From contig JAKMXF010000055.1 of the NCBI GenBank assembly GCA_024704765.1, forward strand, positions 566,353-630,352: DNA of 64,000 bases, read 5' to 3'. The stretch comes from Oopsacas minuta (taxonomy: Eukaryota; Animalia; Porifera). Below, piece by piece: positions 12,200 to 25,285 of this stretch (the stretch's first letter is position 1; each line of letters opens with the position of its first letter). The translations under genes were made by a program, and so were the position numbers. The notes under the pieces are model-generated. The model made no database searches, had not been told where the DNA came from, and was given only the letters and a program-made list of their open reading frames with translations.

Positions 12200-13050
12200 G
12201 TAATAAAATATTGATCATTGTGAGTAGATATTTTCGGAATACCTACATTGGCATCAATTATTGATTCGTATCATATAATCTACATTTTAAAATTTTCTCG
12301 GATCAATTTTCTGGAGTATTACATATTTTGATCATTAGAAATTCATTACAATTTCAATATTATGTGTTCTGGCAGATATTTATTACATTGGATAACTTTC
12401 GGGACTGATATTTTGAACTTATCATTGATATTTCTGGAAAATTACATATTTGTACTAGTAATTGATGTAATCTTGGATATTTGAGATAATCTGAAATTGA
12501 GTCAAGTATATATATTTATGTTCTATAAATTTTCTGAGTTATCTTGATTGTATTTTCTCTTTTCTGGAATCTCCTTCTCTTTCGATTCGGTAAAATATTT
12601 TGGAAATTTCTTCAACCGATGCCATAAGAAACAAATAGCAATATATTTTCAAATATTTCTATCATTATCCATTTAACCCGATTATTCATAGATATCAAAC
12701 AGCCAATGTTTGAAATTTTTTGTCAAAAGATTTAGCCATATATACCAATGTTTTTTCGAATTTCCATACAGCTTTTGTTAACTGAGTCATTTTTCAATAT
12801 TAGTTATATGTGATAATAATAATTTCAAGTGATTTAATGCAACAAATTACAGTTCTATGTTTATCTCACATGAATTCCAATATGAATTTGAATGTCCAAT
12901 TTCCAAATGATTCCCATGCACTAATAGTTTTTAGTTGCGATGTTCGCAATATTCTATTTTCAAGTATAGGAAATGAAAAATCAATTGGATATGCAGGTGT
13001 TTTCTAATATCACTAATGGATTCTAATGGAATTTTCAATGTGATATAGAT
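12200..13050 (-). pseudogene. Possible decayed L1/Tx1-type LINE fragment (AP endonuclease end and linker)
   Basis: Minus-strand remnants PIDFSF, GNWTFK and LWHRLKK followed by a K/E-rich stretch resemble the RIDYxF, GxWxFN and LWExLK landmarks. Many stops, so the similarity is weak. Confidence 0.3.
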
Positions 13051-14556
13051 TATAATTATTGCACTAATATGAAATGTAATTATATTCTCAAAACGATTAC
13101 ATATCATTATGGTCCGAGAAGAACTTGTTTATAACTAATACATAGATCAGCAACATCTGGTGGAGAGCCCGAAGTAAAGATATAATGAGTTCATTAGGCT
13201 TGTGAGTCATTAAAAGTCCGGAAATTGTTGCTCGTTGTCAAAGATCAGTTGTAGAACAGCGACAAGGGCAGCTTATGTCCAGAAATACATACATATTCTG
13301 GAATAAATGTATATCTTTCGCCCAATCAGCGAGAAATAGTATGGTCTGAGCTGTCGGATAGTGGAATCACCAGACCTGTAGTCCCCAAGCTAATAGAGTT
13401 CTAAGGTTTGTTCTAGATGTAAACTTGAATAACTGCGGGCTGACTATAGCACCAGGCCCAGATTACGATATGTGGCAATAACGATTGGGCATAGAGCCCA
13501 TATTCTTGGGGCCGAAAATATATAATATATATATGTATGTATAAACTCGGACCCGGGGCAATGGCAGATCCAACCTGGCCACTTCAATATCGTGGCGTCA
13601 AACTAGGATTTATGTAATATACTCTGCATTAATAGACATTTTAATACTCAAATTGTAAATATTTTATTTCTATGTCATGCTACGAGTAATAATGAATAAC
13701 TTTTGTGGTCAGTAAACATGATCTGTAAATTGCTCATCATACGAGATACTTTGATATTCATTCGTTGCGACTATAATAGGATTCGTCACCAAAAAGTATA
13801 CATTATTTAGATTGTAAGTCATAAATAAGAGCAGCTTGGCTTGTCTGAGCTGCTTGGCATGCAAACACCAAGTGTCCGCTTGTAACTCAATGCTTAGTGC
13901 ATCAAAATAATATAAGGAAGATTATTCAAACATGACTTGAATAGCGAAATTTGGAATAAGAGTACCCCAGTAAAACCGTTGAAGCAAACAATTTAGTAAT
14001 TTGATTACTATGTATCCACAAAAATCGCCAATACATTCACAAATGATGAATTTAATGGTGTGAAATCTGATTCAGCATTTTCGAGAATTTAGTCGAATTT
14101 TATTGAATTCTGTTAACTTTCTGGTAGCCGAAAATAATCATGCAACATTTCTGAATTAAGAATTTGAACTCAATGTAACACCGATAAATCCTCTGCTTGG
14201 CACTCAAAACAAACTGAGAAATAGATAAAAATAGCATAATATATATTTGATTCTCACTATAAATTTTTTTGGCATTTTTGTACAGTCATGAAAACTAACA
14301 ACTCCCATGGTGCGTACGCTTTGGACAGAATGATGACTTGAGGACCTTTAACACATTGAAGGGTACATGTGATCAGGGTGTAATCCGGTCGCATGCAGCG
14401 CACCTCAATTTTAACAAATATATCTCTAAGTGTACGAATATTTCTCTCTAGGCGTTGAAACTCCTATAACGGGATGCAAAATGTTGGGCTAGCCGTATAA
14501 AATGATTTAGAATACATATCTACGGGTATGGTCCTCAGAACCTGTATGAATTCCTG

Positions 14557-15021
14557 CCTGTGATTGAAAATTCGTGCTTCTATCAGGTATATTGACTGAG
14601 CAATGTTTAATAATGTAATTATTCAAAAGTCACTAGAGGTGACAGTGACGTCATAATATCGTCTTAGGTATGAATTTTCATCCAAGATTTGAAATAGTCC
14701 GAGCCTGGCCCAAAATAATCTATAAGCCCAAAATGAACTCTGGGATAATAGTTTCTTCAATAAATTCTACACACACAAATATAATAAGTACATGTTGGTA
14801 TGTCCAGAATTGATTGAAGAAACTGGAGGACCGCAATGTCTAATTTTCGCATTCAGGGGTAATTTGGGCGCTGCTGGGCCAAGTCTAGAACTTGGACGAA
14901 AATTAACACCAATGGCGAAATTATGACGTCATTTAGCACCTTTTTGGATTTTCGAAAAGTCACATTATTCAAAACTGCTCAGCCAATATACAGGATAGAA
15001 ATTTGGACTTTGAATCACAGG
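14557..15021. mobile_element. Old palindromic MITE (imperfect ~190-bp inverted arms)
   Basis: The left arm (CCTGTGATTGAAAATT through GACGTCATAATATCGTC) matches the reverse complement of the right arm (GGCGAAATTATGACGTC through TGAATCACAGG) at roughly three quarters of positions by eye. No TSD resolved. Confidence 0.7.
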
Positions 15022-15143
15022 TAAAACTGAATATGACAAATGTCCTGCAGTCATGATTCTGCACAAAACCTAAATCATCATTGGGATCATTACATGCTGA
15101 TCACTATTTCAAAACATCCAAAATCCTAAACTTGGTGATAACC

Positions 15144-16100
15144 CTAGTGGTGTTCCCAAGAGAGGGGCCAAGGGGGCCATGGCCCCCTCCGAAATATTTC
15201 TGATTGTGGGTTCTATAAGACTACCAATCAATAATATAAAATTATTCCATTTTTTCTTTTCTACATCCTATGAATTTCTAAGATAAATGCAATAAATTAT
15301 ATTTTACTTCAATTATCACAAACTTCTACAAAACAATATCAATTTTTCTTTACTAATTTGTAATTCTACTAATACGTAATATCATCTGGATGCAGACCCA
15401 TAATACGTCATGTATGGCTAAAAGGGCTAGTCCTGTTAACATTTCCTCTCCCATCGTATTCCTTAAATACTCCTCAAAGGCTTCAAGGCTGAGAAATTCC
15501 TTTCTTTGGTTGCATTAGTGATTGGTGATGTAGCAAAAATCTGCAGTATCCTGAACATGGATGACATTAAATCTTTGTATCATTCAGCTAAAGCAACAAC
15601 AGTATTTTCGGTTATCTGCCCACCTTTAACTTTCTTATCAGCCTAAATACATTCTTAAATTGTCAATTGTGATTGGATTTCCGCAAGGCAGAATGGCAAC
15701 AATGGCTCTAAAGGATCCAAAACACATGGTAATTGACCGAAAGGAATATTTGGATTCCTTGGAAAGAGATTTTGCAGTGTAAAAACCTTTTCTTTATGTT
15801 TCAGGAATCTTGTATTAAGTTGATCAACTAACGACTGATAATAGGAAAGGATTTACTTTCCTTTATAGAAAATCTCTTCTCAACCAATGAATATAGAGGT
15901 ACTTCCTGCTAGACCCCTTCGAAGTGTCGCAAAAGAGCCAAAAATTTCAGCTTTTGATCTAGCTCTCATAAAAATATTGCTTATAAAATGATCATCTTGT
16001 ACATCATTTGGAAATATTTCACCCACATTCTCTATGACAGAAATACGACAACCTATCCAACTTCAGTGACTGTAATTGTTTGGAAACATACAGTAAAAGT
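15144..16100 (-). pseudogene. 3' part of a hAT transposase (ZMYM/THAP12-like dimerisation domain)
   Basis: Minus-strand remnants SLVDQLNTRF, IFATSPITNATKERNFSALK and YLRNTMGEEMLTGLALLAIH. A G/C-rich terminus-like sequence starts at 15144. Confidence 0.75.
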
Positions 16101-16165
16101 GTACTAGAACCTTCTAAACTGTACAAGAGTAAGGTCTTTTGACCAATTGAGCTTGATAGGTCATA

Positions 16166-18290
16166 CAGTGGAAGCCGGTTAATCGGGACACCTCGGGAGT
16201 TAATGTTTTGTCCCGATTAACCGATTATGATTTATTAAAGTTTCAAAATTAGTTTTCATGGTCCCAGACCATTATCAGGAACATTTTAATACACTACTAC
16301 TACTATATTCTGATTTATTTAGGGTATATTAGGGATAAGTTATCGTAGTAAGGGTATAGTCCCGTTTCAAGAGGCCATAAAAACTGCATTACTCAAGAAA
16401 AGCTAAATATTATTGAAAGTAAAACCTAGATATTAACGAAAAAAGAGTCCATTGTAGCCTGTTTTTTACTGTTAATGACTTCGTCATGAACTTGGGTATC
16501 TATCTGCTGGAGCATAGGTAATAAATTAGTTATACCATTCAAATGAATGAAAATTATCAAATGATCGACCATTTGGAAATTTTGTTCTAGAAAGGGCCTA
16601 AGGTTATCACCATCACCATCGCTATCACCATCACTCTCAGAATCCTCTACTCTGATCTTCTTTCTTGTAATGTCCAACAATTCTACATCAGATAAATCCC
16701 CACTAACAGGTATTTCACTATCCATTGTAATAAAGTTTTCAAACTCTTCTAATGACATGTTGCATGGTAGAGAAACGTCTTCTAACATATGATCATCGTC
16801 AAGATTAAATTCATATCCTTCTGATTGAATGAAATCACATGGAACGAACCCACGTTTTTGACAACATTTTGCTATTGTATTACCTTCTACAGCATCCCAC
16901 GACATCCTACATAAGTAAAGTGCGTCTAAAAGGGTAATTGATTTATCTCTATCAAGGGCACGCAAACTGAGATTGCCATCCATTGCATTGATAATTCTTG
17001 AATTCAAGCGACTTTTATAATGGGCCTTCCGGTTTTTTATCACACCCATATCCATTGACTGCATTATGCTTGTAGTGTTAGCAGGCAGGAATTTTAGACA
17101 TATATTGGTCAATGCAACACTCTTTGGGTGAGCAGAACAGTTGTCCACTAAAAGACATATATTCCTCTTGTTCATTCCAAGAGAGCTATCCACCTTCTTA
17201 TCCACCTCTCGAAGATGAATCCCGTCATCCAGGCGTTTTTGGTTGCTTCGTATCGAATAGGGAGCTTTGGTAAATCTTTAGGGAATGAACGCGGTTGTTT
17301 ACTCTTTCCAATAGCAAGGAGGGGGTACTTCTCCGTACCACTCATATTAGCACAAAGCATTACTCTAATCCTATCTTTAGTCTTCTTTCCTCCAGGTAAA
17401 TCGGTACCTTTGATGCTATATCCCTTATCAGGAAAACATCTGACATACAACCCCGTCCCAGCCACCCATCAGAAGGAATAAATTCAGAACCATTGGCGAG
17501 AGCAATTTCAGTTGCTTTTTGTCGCATATTACTCCTGAAATGCGCGTACCTTGTGTTAATTTTTGTTTAAGCCACAAAAATAGAGCATCACCAACATCTT
17601 TTCCTTTAGATTTTCTTTGACGTTTGCGCATTCCATTACCACTATCTTCAAATTGTTCAAATATTTCGTCTTTCAATGATACTAATCTTGATACTTGAAG
17701 TAGAGATACCATACTTGACTGCTACGCTTTTCTGAGTAACACGACCTCCAACTTCGAACTCCTTTAGTAATTTAACTTTCTCCTGTAGTGCCAGATCATT
17801 CCGTGATTTAGAAGTTGTCATGGAGAGTTGTGCTACGGTTACAATATTAGGTAGAAAAGTAAATAATTAAAGTTCAAACAATTACTGTAACCTCAATCAT
17901 CCGTACTCCCTGGGACCATTCAGAACGTTTGGATAACGAAGAGTCTGGATTATTGAGGTAATTTATGCATGGTGGAATAGGGAATGCGACCTGAGGCGGG
18001 TGAGCAAAGTTATCATCTTAGTTTAGTAAAATGTATCGAATTGGTGTTGCTGATTGTAGAATATTAAAATTCCTAGTTTTAAAACAAACCACATTACAAT
18101 GATTATAAATAAATATACAATTTGGATTAATTGGGATTCCATCCCAATTAACCGACTATGAACTTTCATATAATCGGGTAATCGGGATAAGAAATCCCGA
18201 TTACACGATTCGATGCCCCAATTATCCGACGAGTTTTCTATGTAAAGAATCTGTTCCCCAACTTTTGCCCCGATTAAACGACTTCCACTA
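16166..18290 (-). mobile_element. Tigger/pogo (CENP-B/TIGD-like) transposon, full length, frameshifted
   Basis: TIR CAGTGGAAGCCGGTTAATCGGG at 16166 and a reverse-complement TAGTGGAAGTCGTTTAATCGGG ending at 18290, with TA flanks. The ORF starts at 17821 with a CENP-B-type HTH region, then KTKDRIRVMLCANMSGTEK, KNAWMT, LLVDNCSAH and PANTTSIMQSMDMGVIKN. Confidence 0.9.
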
Positions 18291-19043
18291 TACCACCTCA
18301 CTTAGGTGGAAACGTTACTTTATGCTAGACTTTGACCCTAATACTAGATTTGCAACCACTCCCCTTCGCGATCAACACGACTATAAATCTAGCTATGAAT
18401 GCATAATCAAACCCGAGGCACTAAGCTGTTTCGCAGCGAATTAGCAAGTCAAGCGCGCGATAGTATATATATGTATACCCACATTAGAGTGCATAATTGC
18501 CCCTTATATTTAGAAAACCTGATTCGCTTGCTTCATTTATGTTCCTTATTCCGTATTAATTCATCATATCGAAATTGAATGGAATCTAAACTGATTTAGT
18601 AGTACCGCGATGGTAATTAGAAATTGTGCTGGATTTTTGTGCTTTTTGGCAAATTTCCTACCAATTTGGTGAAAGATGAAGTCTGAGGATGGCTTCTGAA
18701 AATTGTATTTGTGTAGTTTTAGGATGGATCATGTTGGTCAAATAATCACTTTGATATTTACCAATTTTGCACAATTTAAAAGTTATTTGTCAAAATCGCT
18801 TCAGTCGATGATAGGCATCATACCAGCGAAGACATCAATAATTACGGTAAATTTTTGCTCAACTGTAAAAGATTGGTAATTGAATAATATTACACTACGT
18901 AACAAGCTTTTATGAAATCTTTGTTTGGATTGATATTTTGATTGTTTATGGATAATTTCGAGGCACTGATTCCGAAAATGCAATTAGTTTTTTTCTACCA
19001 TCGATCGCTAACTTTCAGGAACCCTATTTATATGAGCAGGTTA

Positions 19044-21518
19044 CACGCTTAGCCAACCCAGGAAAAACGTACTTCACAATCAAAATCTTTTGTGCTACAA
19101 CAATAAAGATAATAAACATTTTCCACTCCCTTCACTGTCTCTTGTCTTTTTAAGCTCTGGGAGACACTTAAAGTGTCTGCGAATGCACAGCTTAAACAAC
19201 AACAGAATTCCAGGCTGGAGTAGGATTGCAAAACTTAGAAATTTCGTTCTTGTATATAGTTTATTTGCTATCCAGTCCCTTCACTTGGAAAGTATTTACT
19301 CATATTAATACTATAAGCTACCAGCAGCTAGTATAAGCATAAGTAGAACTGCCTTTAGCAGAGAGGCAGAAATAACTTGCTGGTTGTTCCTACGTTAAGT
19401 TAGTGTTTTTCAAATTTAGAAATTGCAATGGCTAGTAGACAATGCAAGAATTCACCTGACTCATTTTGCTATGTTTGTGGATATTATGTTGGTGACAAAC
19501 ATGTTTCAAATAAAATATCAAAAGAAGCTAAGTATTGGGAAGCGTATAGACTGTATTTTGCGATGTCCATTGGGGACCAGGAAAAGGCCTGGGCCCCACA
19601 TGTAATTTGTGGCAGCTGTCGATCTAATCTTGAAAGTTGATTGAGGGGTTCCGCTAGAGTATGTCATTTGCTATTCCAAGAGTTTGGAGAGAGCCACAAA
19701 ACCATCATGATGATTGTTACTTTGTATGATAAATATTGCTTAGTACCGCAATGTTAAGGGAAGAAGAGCACTGACTTAGCCAAGTATACCTTCATCCATT
19801 GCACCTGTTCCTCACAGTGAAACTTTACCAGTTCCAAAACCACGAGCAAATGTAAGTAGCTTTATGATTTATAATATTAGGCTAAGCTAGCTTATATGCT
19901 GTAAGGGTGATTCACAATCTGCATCTTGTGTTTTATTCTTGTCATTTTAGTTGGAGTTTAATACTGAATGTGAAGACTCGATATCCAGTGAAACTTCGGA
20001 TGCCGAGGAGGAGTATCTCCAATCAACAAGTGCAGATCGTCATTATCCTTCTAAGAGAGAATTAGATGACTTAATACGAGATCTGCAACTAACAAAATCT
20101 GCAGCAGAGCTATTGACGTCAAGATTAAGCGAGTGGAATTTGGCGCGTGATGATTGCAAAATAACTGCTTACAGGAAGAGGCACTTGGACTATTCTGTTT
20201 ACTTTGATGTAATACAGGATCTGTGCTATTGCAAAGATGTGAATAGTTTGTTGGTTGCTGTTGGAATTGAACATGTCCCTCCTCAGTGGCGACTTTTTAT
20301 TGACAGTTTCACCAAAAGTCTTCAAGGAGTTTTACTTCATAATGGGAACAAATATTCGTCAATTCCACTTGCTTATTCAATACAAATGAAAGAAGACTAT
20401 GAAAGTGTCAAGTAACTACTGCTTAAAATAAACTATGCTGAATTTAACTGGGCAGCTCTGTGGTGATTTTAGGATGTTGAGGTTTTTGTTGGGACTGCAG
20501 GGTGGTTACACCAAATACTCATGTTTCCTTTGTTTGTGGAACAGCAGAGCTGATGGAGAGCACTACAAGAAGATTCAATGACCGCCAAGAAAAGAATTAA
20601 TGCCAGGAAAGTACAATGTCATCAAAGAGCCACTTGTATGCCGGGAAAAGGTTTCACTACCACCTCTTCATATACGTAATCTAGGTTTAATAAAGCAATT
20701 TGTTAAAGCTTTGGATTTTGAAGGAGAAGCTTATCAAGAAATCAGTGCAATGTTTCCAAAATTATCAGATACTAAACTAAAGGGAGGAATATTTGTTGGC
20801 CCCCAAATAACCACCATGTTAAAGTCAAGAATCCTGGAGGATAAAATCACCGAAACAGAAAGAAGGCATGGCAGGCATTTCGAGATGTAGTTAATGACTT
20901 TTTAAGAAATAACAAAGATCCTAATTATGAAAAGATAGTAAATACTCTGATCACAAGCTACAAGAAGATGGGATGTCGCATGTCGTTGAAACTTCATTAT
21001 TTATGCTCTCACCTTGACTTCTTTCAAGAAAATTTTGGGGATTTCAGCGAGAAACATGGCGAGAGATTTCACCAAGATATTCAGCTAATGGAAAGAAGGT
21101 ATCAGGGCCGCTGGGACAGTACAATGATGGGCGATTACATGTGGTTTTTGATAAGGGAAGACATTTCTGGACACAAAAGAAAAGCTCGTTCAACAGTTCA
21201 TTTTTGAAGTATTTTAACTCTCTAACAAGAGTGCGTTTTGTTTTGTTTAGGACTTGTAATCAGCAATGTACTGTTTGGTAGTGATTTTCATGTTCAAATT
21301 AACTTATCAACACATCACTACGTGTTTAAATCTACTACAAGAGCTGTAGGTAAATAAGCATATAATGAACAACACAACTTGTTCGGAAAAGCAAAAGTGT
21401 AAATACTTCAAAAAGCATTGATGATATGGAAAAACTAACACGATTTTTGAATTCAGCGACCCAAAAACATAAGGGGACATCAAAAATTGAAGCCAAACAA
21501 AAATTGTGTTACGTAGTG
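19044..21518 (+). mobile_element. Chapaev3-type (CMC group) transposon, lineage B, defective; 5' boundary tentative
   Basis: Transposase remnants CKNSPDSFCYVCG, GDQEKAWAPHVICGSC, WREPQNHHDDCYF, LLHNGNKYSSIPLA, PPLHI-LGLIKQFVKAL and LKLHYLCSHLDFFQENFGDFSEKHGERFHQDI. The 3' end is GTAGTG followed by TTA (21519-21521). A candidate 5' end, TTA|CAC at 19041-19046, gives a matching TTA TSD but weak TIR similarity. Confidence 0.8.
19852..19950 (+). other. Phase-0 GT-AG intron inside the Chapaev3 lineage-B transposase
   Basis: AAT|GTAAGT donor and TTTTATTCTTGTCATTTTAG|TTG acceptor. Removing the 99 nt joins PVPKPRAN in frame to LEFNTECED. Confidence 0.7.
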
Positions 21519-22226
21519 TTATTCACCCGATATTTACATACCTACAAACTACTCAATTACAAGTTTTCAGATATATAAACATGCTTGAACTAAATCGTCT
21601 AATGGAACGAAAACCAGACAAAGAGCATAAAATCTAGCACAATTGCAAAAATATGTTGTAGTAGGGCTAAATCTTCATGGATTCAATACAGTATAGATAA
21701 CGTAAAATTAGTTGGCGATGTTTGTTTTTAGACAGGAGGAGCAACCGAAGCACAGTAGCCCTGATACCCGTTTTAATAGTATCGGCATCTAGTTCGTGGT
21801 AAATATAACACTTCAGCTGATAATTTAGGCTTCACTCCTGTGTGATCCCAAGAATTTAAATAGTTTCTATGGGAAATGTTTGTATAAATGGAATGTTGAT
21901 TCGAAGTATTAAAAATATATTAAATAGCTTTCTTTTGCCAAATTCAGAATTATGGTAAAGATTACACAGAGAGCCCATTGTGAAGTTAGAAAACATTATT
22001 TGTCAACGAAGCCGTAGAAAGGTAATTCGGAACCAAAGTAATTTTCCACCAAGCTATTTGGCATATGGATTAATATATCTTGCTATCAATGAAGCAGGAC
22101 ACAAAATATCCTTTTCCATCTTTATGGTGCATGTGAATCGAATTTCAACTACAAAATACATATTGACTGGGTATTAACTCTATCTACTAATATTTCACAA
22201 AGAAATGATATCAGTTTGTGTACTAT

Positions 22227-24281
22227 TAGGGCGTTCAATAAGTCTTGCGGGAGATACCATAGAATATGATACAAACATATATGTACATACTAATTCACTA
22301 TATTATATATTCAAAGTAATCCCATCCTGCAGAGATACACAAAGTTTTAACATTTCTACCCACTTGTAAAACACATTTCTGCCTCTCCTTTGGGGATGGA
22401 TTTGAAGTACTGGTACAGGCCATTATGTCGTTTTGAAGTTGAGCAGATAAGGGTTCATTACAAAGTACATCTGTCAATCGATGAAAAGAACATGTATTGC
22501 CTTCCAGAGTTTACTTTTGGAGATGAAGGCATTAATGTTATCTGTATGACTGATAATGTTGGTATCTCGGCCCTTAAATTTCCGATTAAGCTCATTTAGA
22601 GTTTCAAAGATATCCGTAAGGTATGCCAAGTGTTAGAAAAACTCTGGTTTATTAAATTCAGTTAGGAGATCCATCTTGCATTTCATCTTAAGAAGGTGTC
22701 CACCTCTTCCTTAAGTTCTCATACCTGAGCCAACATGTTGCCTTTGGATAAGGATCGTACCAGCGTATGGAACAAGAGAAATTGATGGGTAGCATCCATT
22801 CCTTCACAAATTTGGGAAATAAGCGGGTATTGGACGCTCCTCTTTTGATATAGTTGACTACTTTAATGACGATCGCTAAATTCGCACATAGAGAACCAGG
22901 CATTGTTTTAGAGGCCAGTGCCTGGCGATGGATTAAACGGTGGGTTCCTAGTACATTCGGATCTTGTGTTCAACAAGCGAGATAAACTCAAATCAGCTAC
23001 CCAACATGGCTGGTGCTCTATCTGAGCACACCCCAACTATATTTTCCAGTAGAGATTTATTTCCCCAAAGAATGTTGAGACAAAGGCCATGAGATCTTTT
23101 GCCTTTGTTGTTGTCTCCAAGGGGTAACAGAATAGGAACTCCTTCGCAATCGTCGGACCATTCATATAACGAACAAAAGCCACCAATTGAGAAGGATTGG
23201 TCACATATGTCGACTCGCCCAGCTGGATAGCAAACTTGGGAGGTGCCTGGATTTTTGTAATTATCTGATGTTTGATATTGTTAGACATATCAACAATCTT
23301 TGACTTGATTGTGTCTTTTGGCATGTATATTTGTTCCAGCTTGCTAATGGCATCTTTGTTGAGGACTATTCGATCACATTCAAGAATGCAGGGGTTTATG
23401 AGTCTCCCCGATTGTATGAGGTTTCTTGTTTTTTGCCACCAAAAGTGCAATGGCATGTGACGCGTGAACAATTGACTTTACCTGTTGATGGAATGCTTCA
23501 CTGGAATCTAGTTCCACTTTTTAATCCGGTCTCCTTCAGCTTAAAGAAAGCTCAAGCATTTTTGGAATGCTTCAGGTGGACTGTGGTGAGATGTTGCTTC
23601 AGTTGGTACGGTTTCATACTTGAATTCGATAGAGTTTTCATACACAATATGCATTGTGGAAGTGGATAACCATTATTTTCCTGGAATGTAAAGCCAAAAT
23701 TGAGAAAATCTTCTTGATACTTTCTCTTCAGTGACATGCTTTATAATATACTATAAGAATGTTAAAAAATTGAGACTTAAGAAGTCAAGGTTGCCAAAAA
23801 ATGTAAAGTAAGTCAAAAATTAGAGTCATTTGAGTCGAATAGTTGTTGAAAGTTGTTTACTATTTATATGTAATATTATGCATGAAACGAGTTCAATTTC
23901 ACGAAATTTGAACTGGCACATTGTTTGAACTTCTAATGTCAATCTCCCAATAAACATTTTTGTAAGCAAAGATACCATTCAAAATTTAGTGCAAATGGAA
24001 AAGCATGTGATTGCACTTGGATTAGTATGGTTATATCACTTAAATGTATTCTTAGAATTCATTAAATTCGTAGAACTTGACATATAATTTAGAATTTTAG
24101 TGAATAAATACCACATTTAATTACTTTTACAGAATATTTCTCAGAAGCGCCATTCCCCACCCGTTAAGTAGCACTAGTATATAGGGTCTAACTATGTGGG
24201 CTTATGATATATAAAAGTTAGGTATATTACTTGAATAATTCCTGAGAAATAACATAACCCGTGAGACTTTTGAACGCCCAG
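22227..24281 (-). mobile_element. Mariner remnant (same family as 48190-49482), both TIRs present, most of the ORF replaced by a nested hAT
   Basis: TIRs TAGGGCGTTCAATAAGTCTTGCG (22227) and a reverse-complement TGGGCGTTCAAAAGTCTCACG (ending ~24281). Segments 22227-22450 and 24177-24281 align with the two ends of the 48.2-49.5 kb mariner. Confidence 0.8.
22490..24176 (-). mobile_element. hAT Buster/Charlie-type (ZBED5/SCAND3-like) transposon, 5' part
   Basis: BED finger PQCILCMKTLSNSSMKPYQLKQHLTTVH, then KFAIQLGEST, EFLFCYPLETTTKAKD, CYH-FIHRQALASK and LAYLTDIFETLNELN. A Charlie-like terminus TAGTGCTACTTAAC starts at 24176 on the minus strand. Confidence 0.85.
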
Positions 24282-25285
24282 ATATACCAAATACTTAATT
24301 AAATGCACCAGTTTAGAAACTCCGTAAATAGATAACCCTTATATTTAACGTTACAAAATTCATACAACGTCGAAGGATTTTCCATACCAAATTTCAAAAA
24401 ATGTCATCATAAAGTTGTCGCCTTCAAGAGTTACATAAATAATATATCCAGCCAACGTCTACTCTTTTTGTATACCTCTAACACTAGACTAATATTATTC
24501 TGAATTGAATACTGCATATGCAGCAAGCTAAGACAATTGGATTATAGTAGTAAATACGATTATACCTTGAGGAATGTCTATCAAGATATGACATGAAAAT
24601 ACTTGGGGTCGATAGGATTGATATCACAGAATCAGGGAGCATATAAATAAAAATTCTAAGAAGTATACTTAACTTAATTCTGAGTGTATTTCTAAGGAAA
24701 ATTCTAAGAATAGAGTCTTATACTTAGACTTTAGAAAAGTGGTATTAACGAAAATTCTTAAGTCAACATATTAGAATTTTGCTTAACTTTAAGTGAAATT
24801 CATAGAATATTTCTAGAAAAAATTCGAAAATCTAAGAAAAATATTCAATGAAGTAAAGAGGACACTTACCATATAATATATTCTACCTTCTAAGAAATTA
24901 AAATGCACATGCATATATTTACAAAGAAAATATTAATCGCTTAAGACATTTTGTTTGATTATCATATCCACATGTTGTAATACCCGCAGCATAGAACTAT
25001 AGTCGAATTACATACCAACTATATTTAGATACTATTTCTTGATTTCACACTGAATTGTATTATGACATCAATAAATGTATTTATGTAATTATATCTCATA
25101 AATTTTGGAACATAATAGTGTTGTATCTAAACTGTGGTAAATAAACTCAGTGTCATTTAAGTGACGTCCTGCAAAAACATACGCAATCTATGCAATTTTA
25201 TCCATTTACCTATATTATCATCTTTAGTTATGAGTATAAATAATGATAAAATGTTAATTAATTATGATAATATCTTACCACTCGC

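Noticed and set aside
17215-17481. Antisense or alternative-frame ORFs over transposases (also 23331-23669, 25408-25674, 29490-29774, 39449-39790, 45653-45850, 49468-49926, 53219-53416)
   Set aside because: These are shadow frames of recognisable TE coding sequence, with no motifs of their own.
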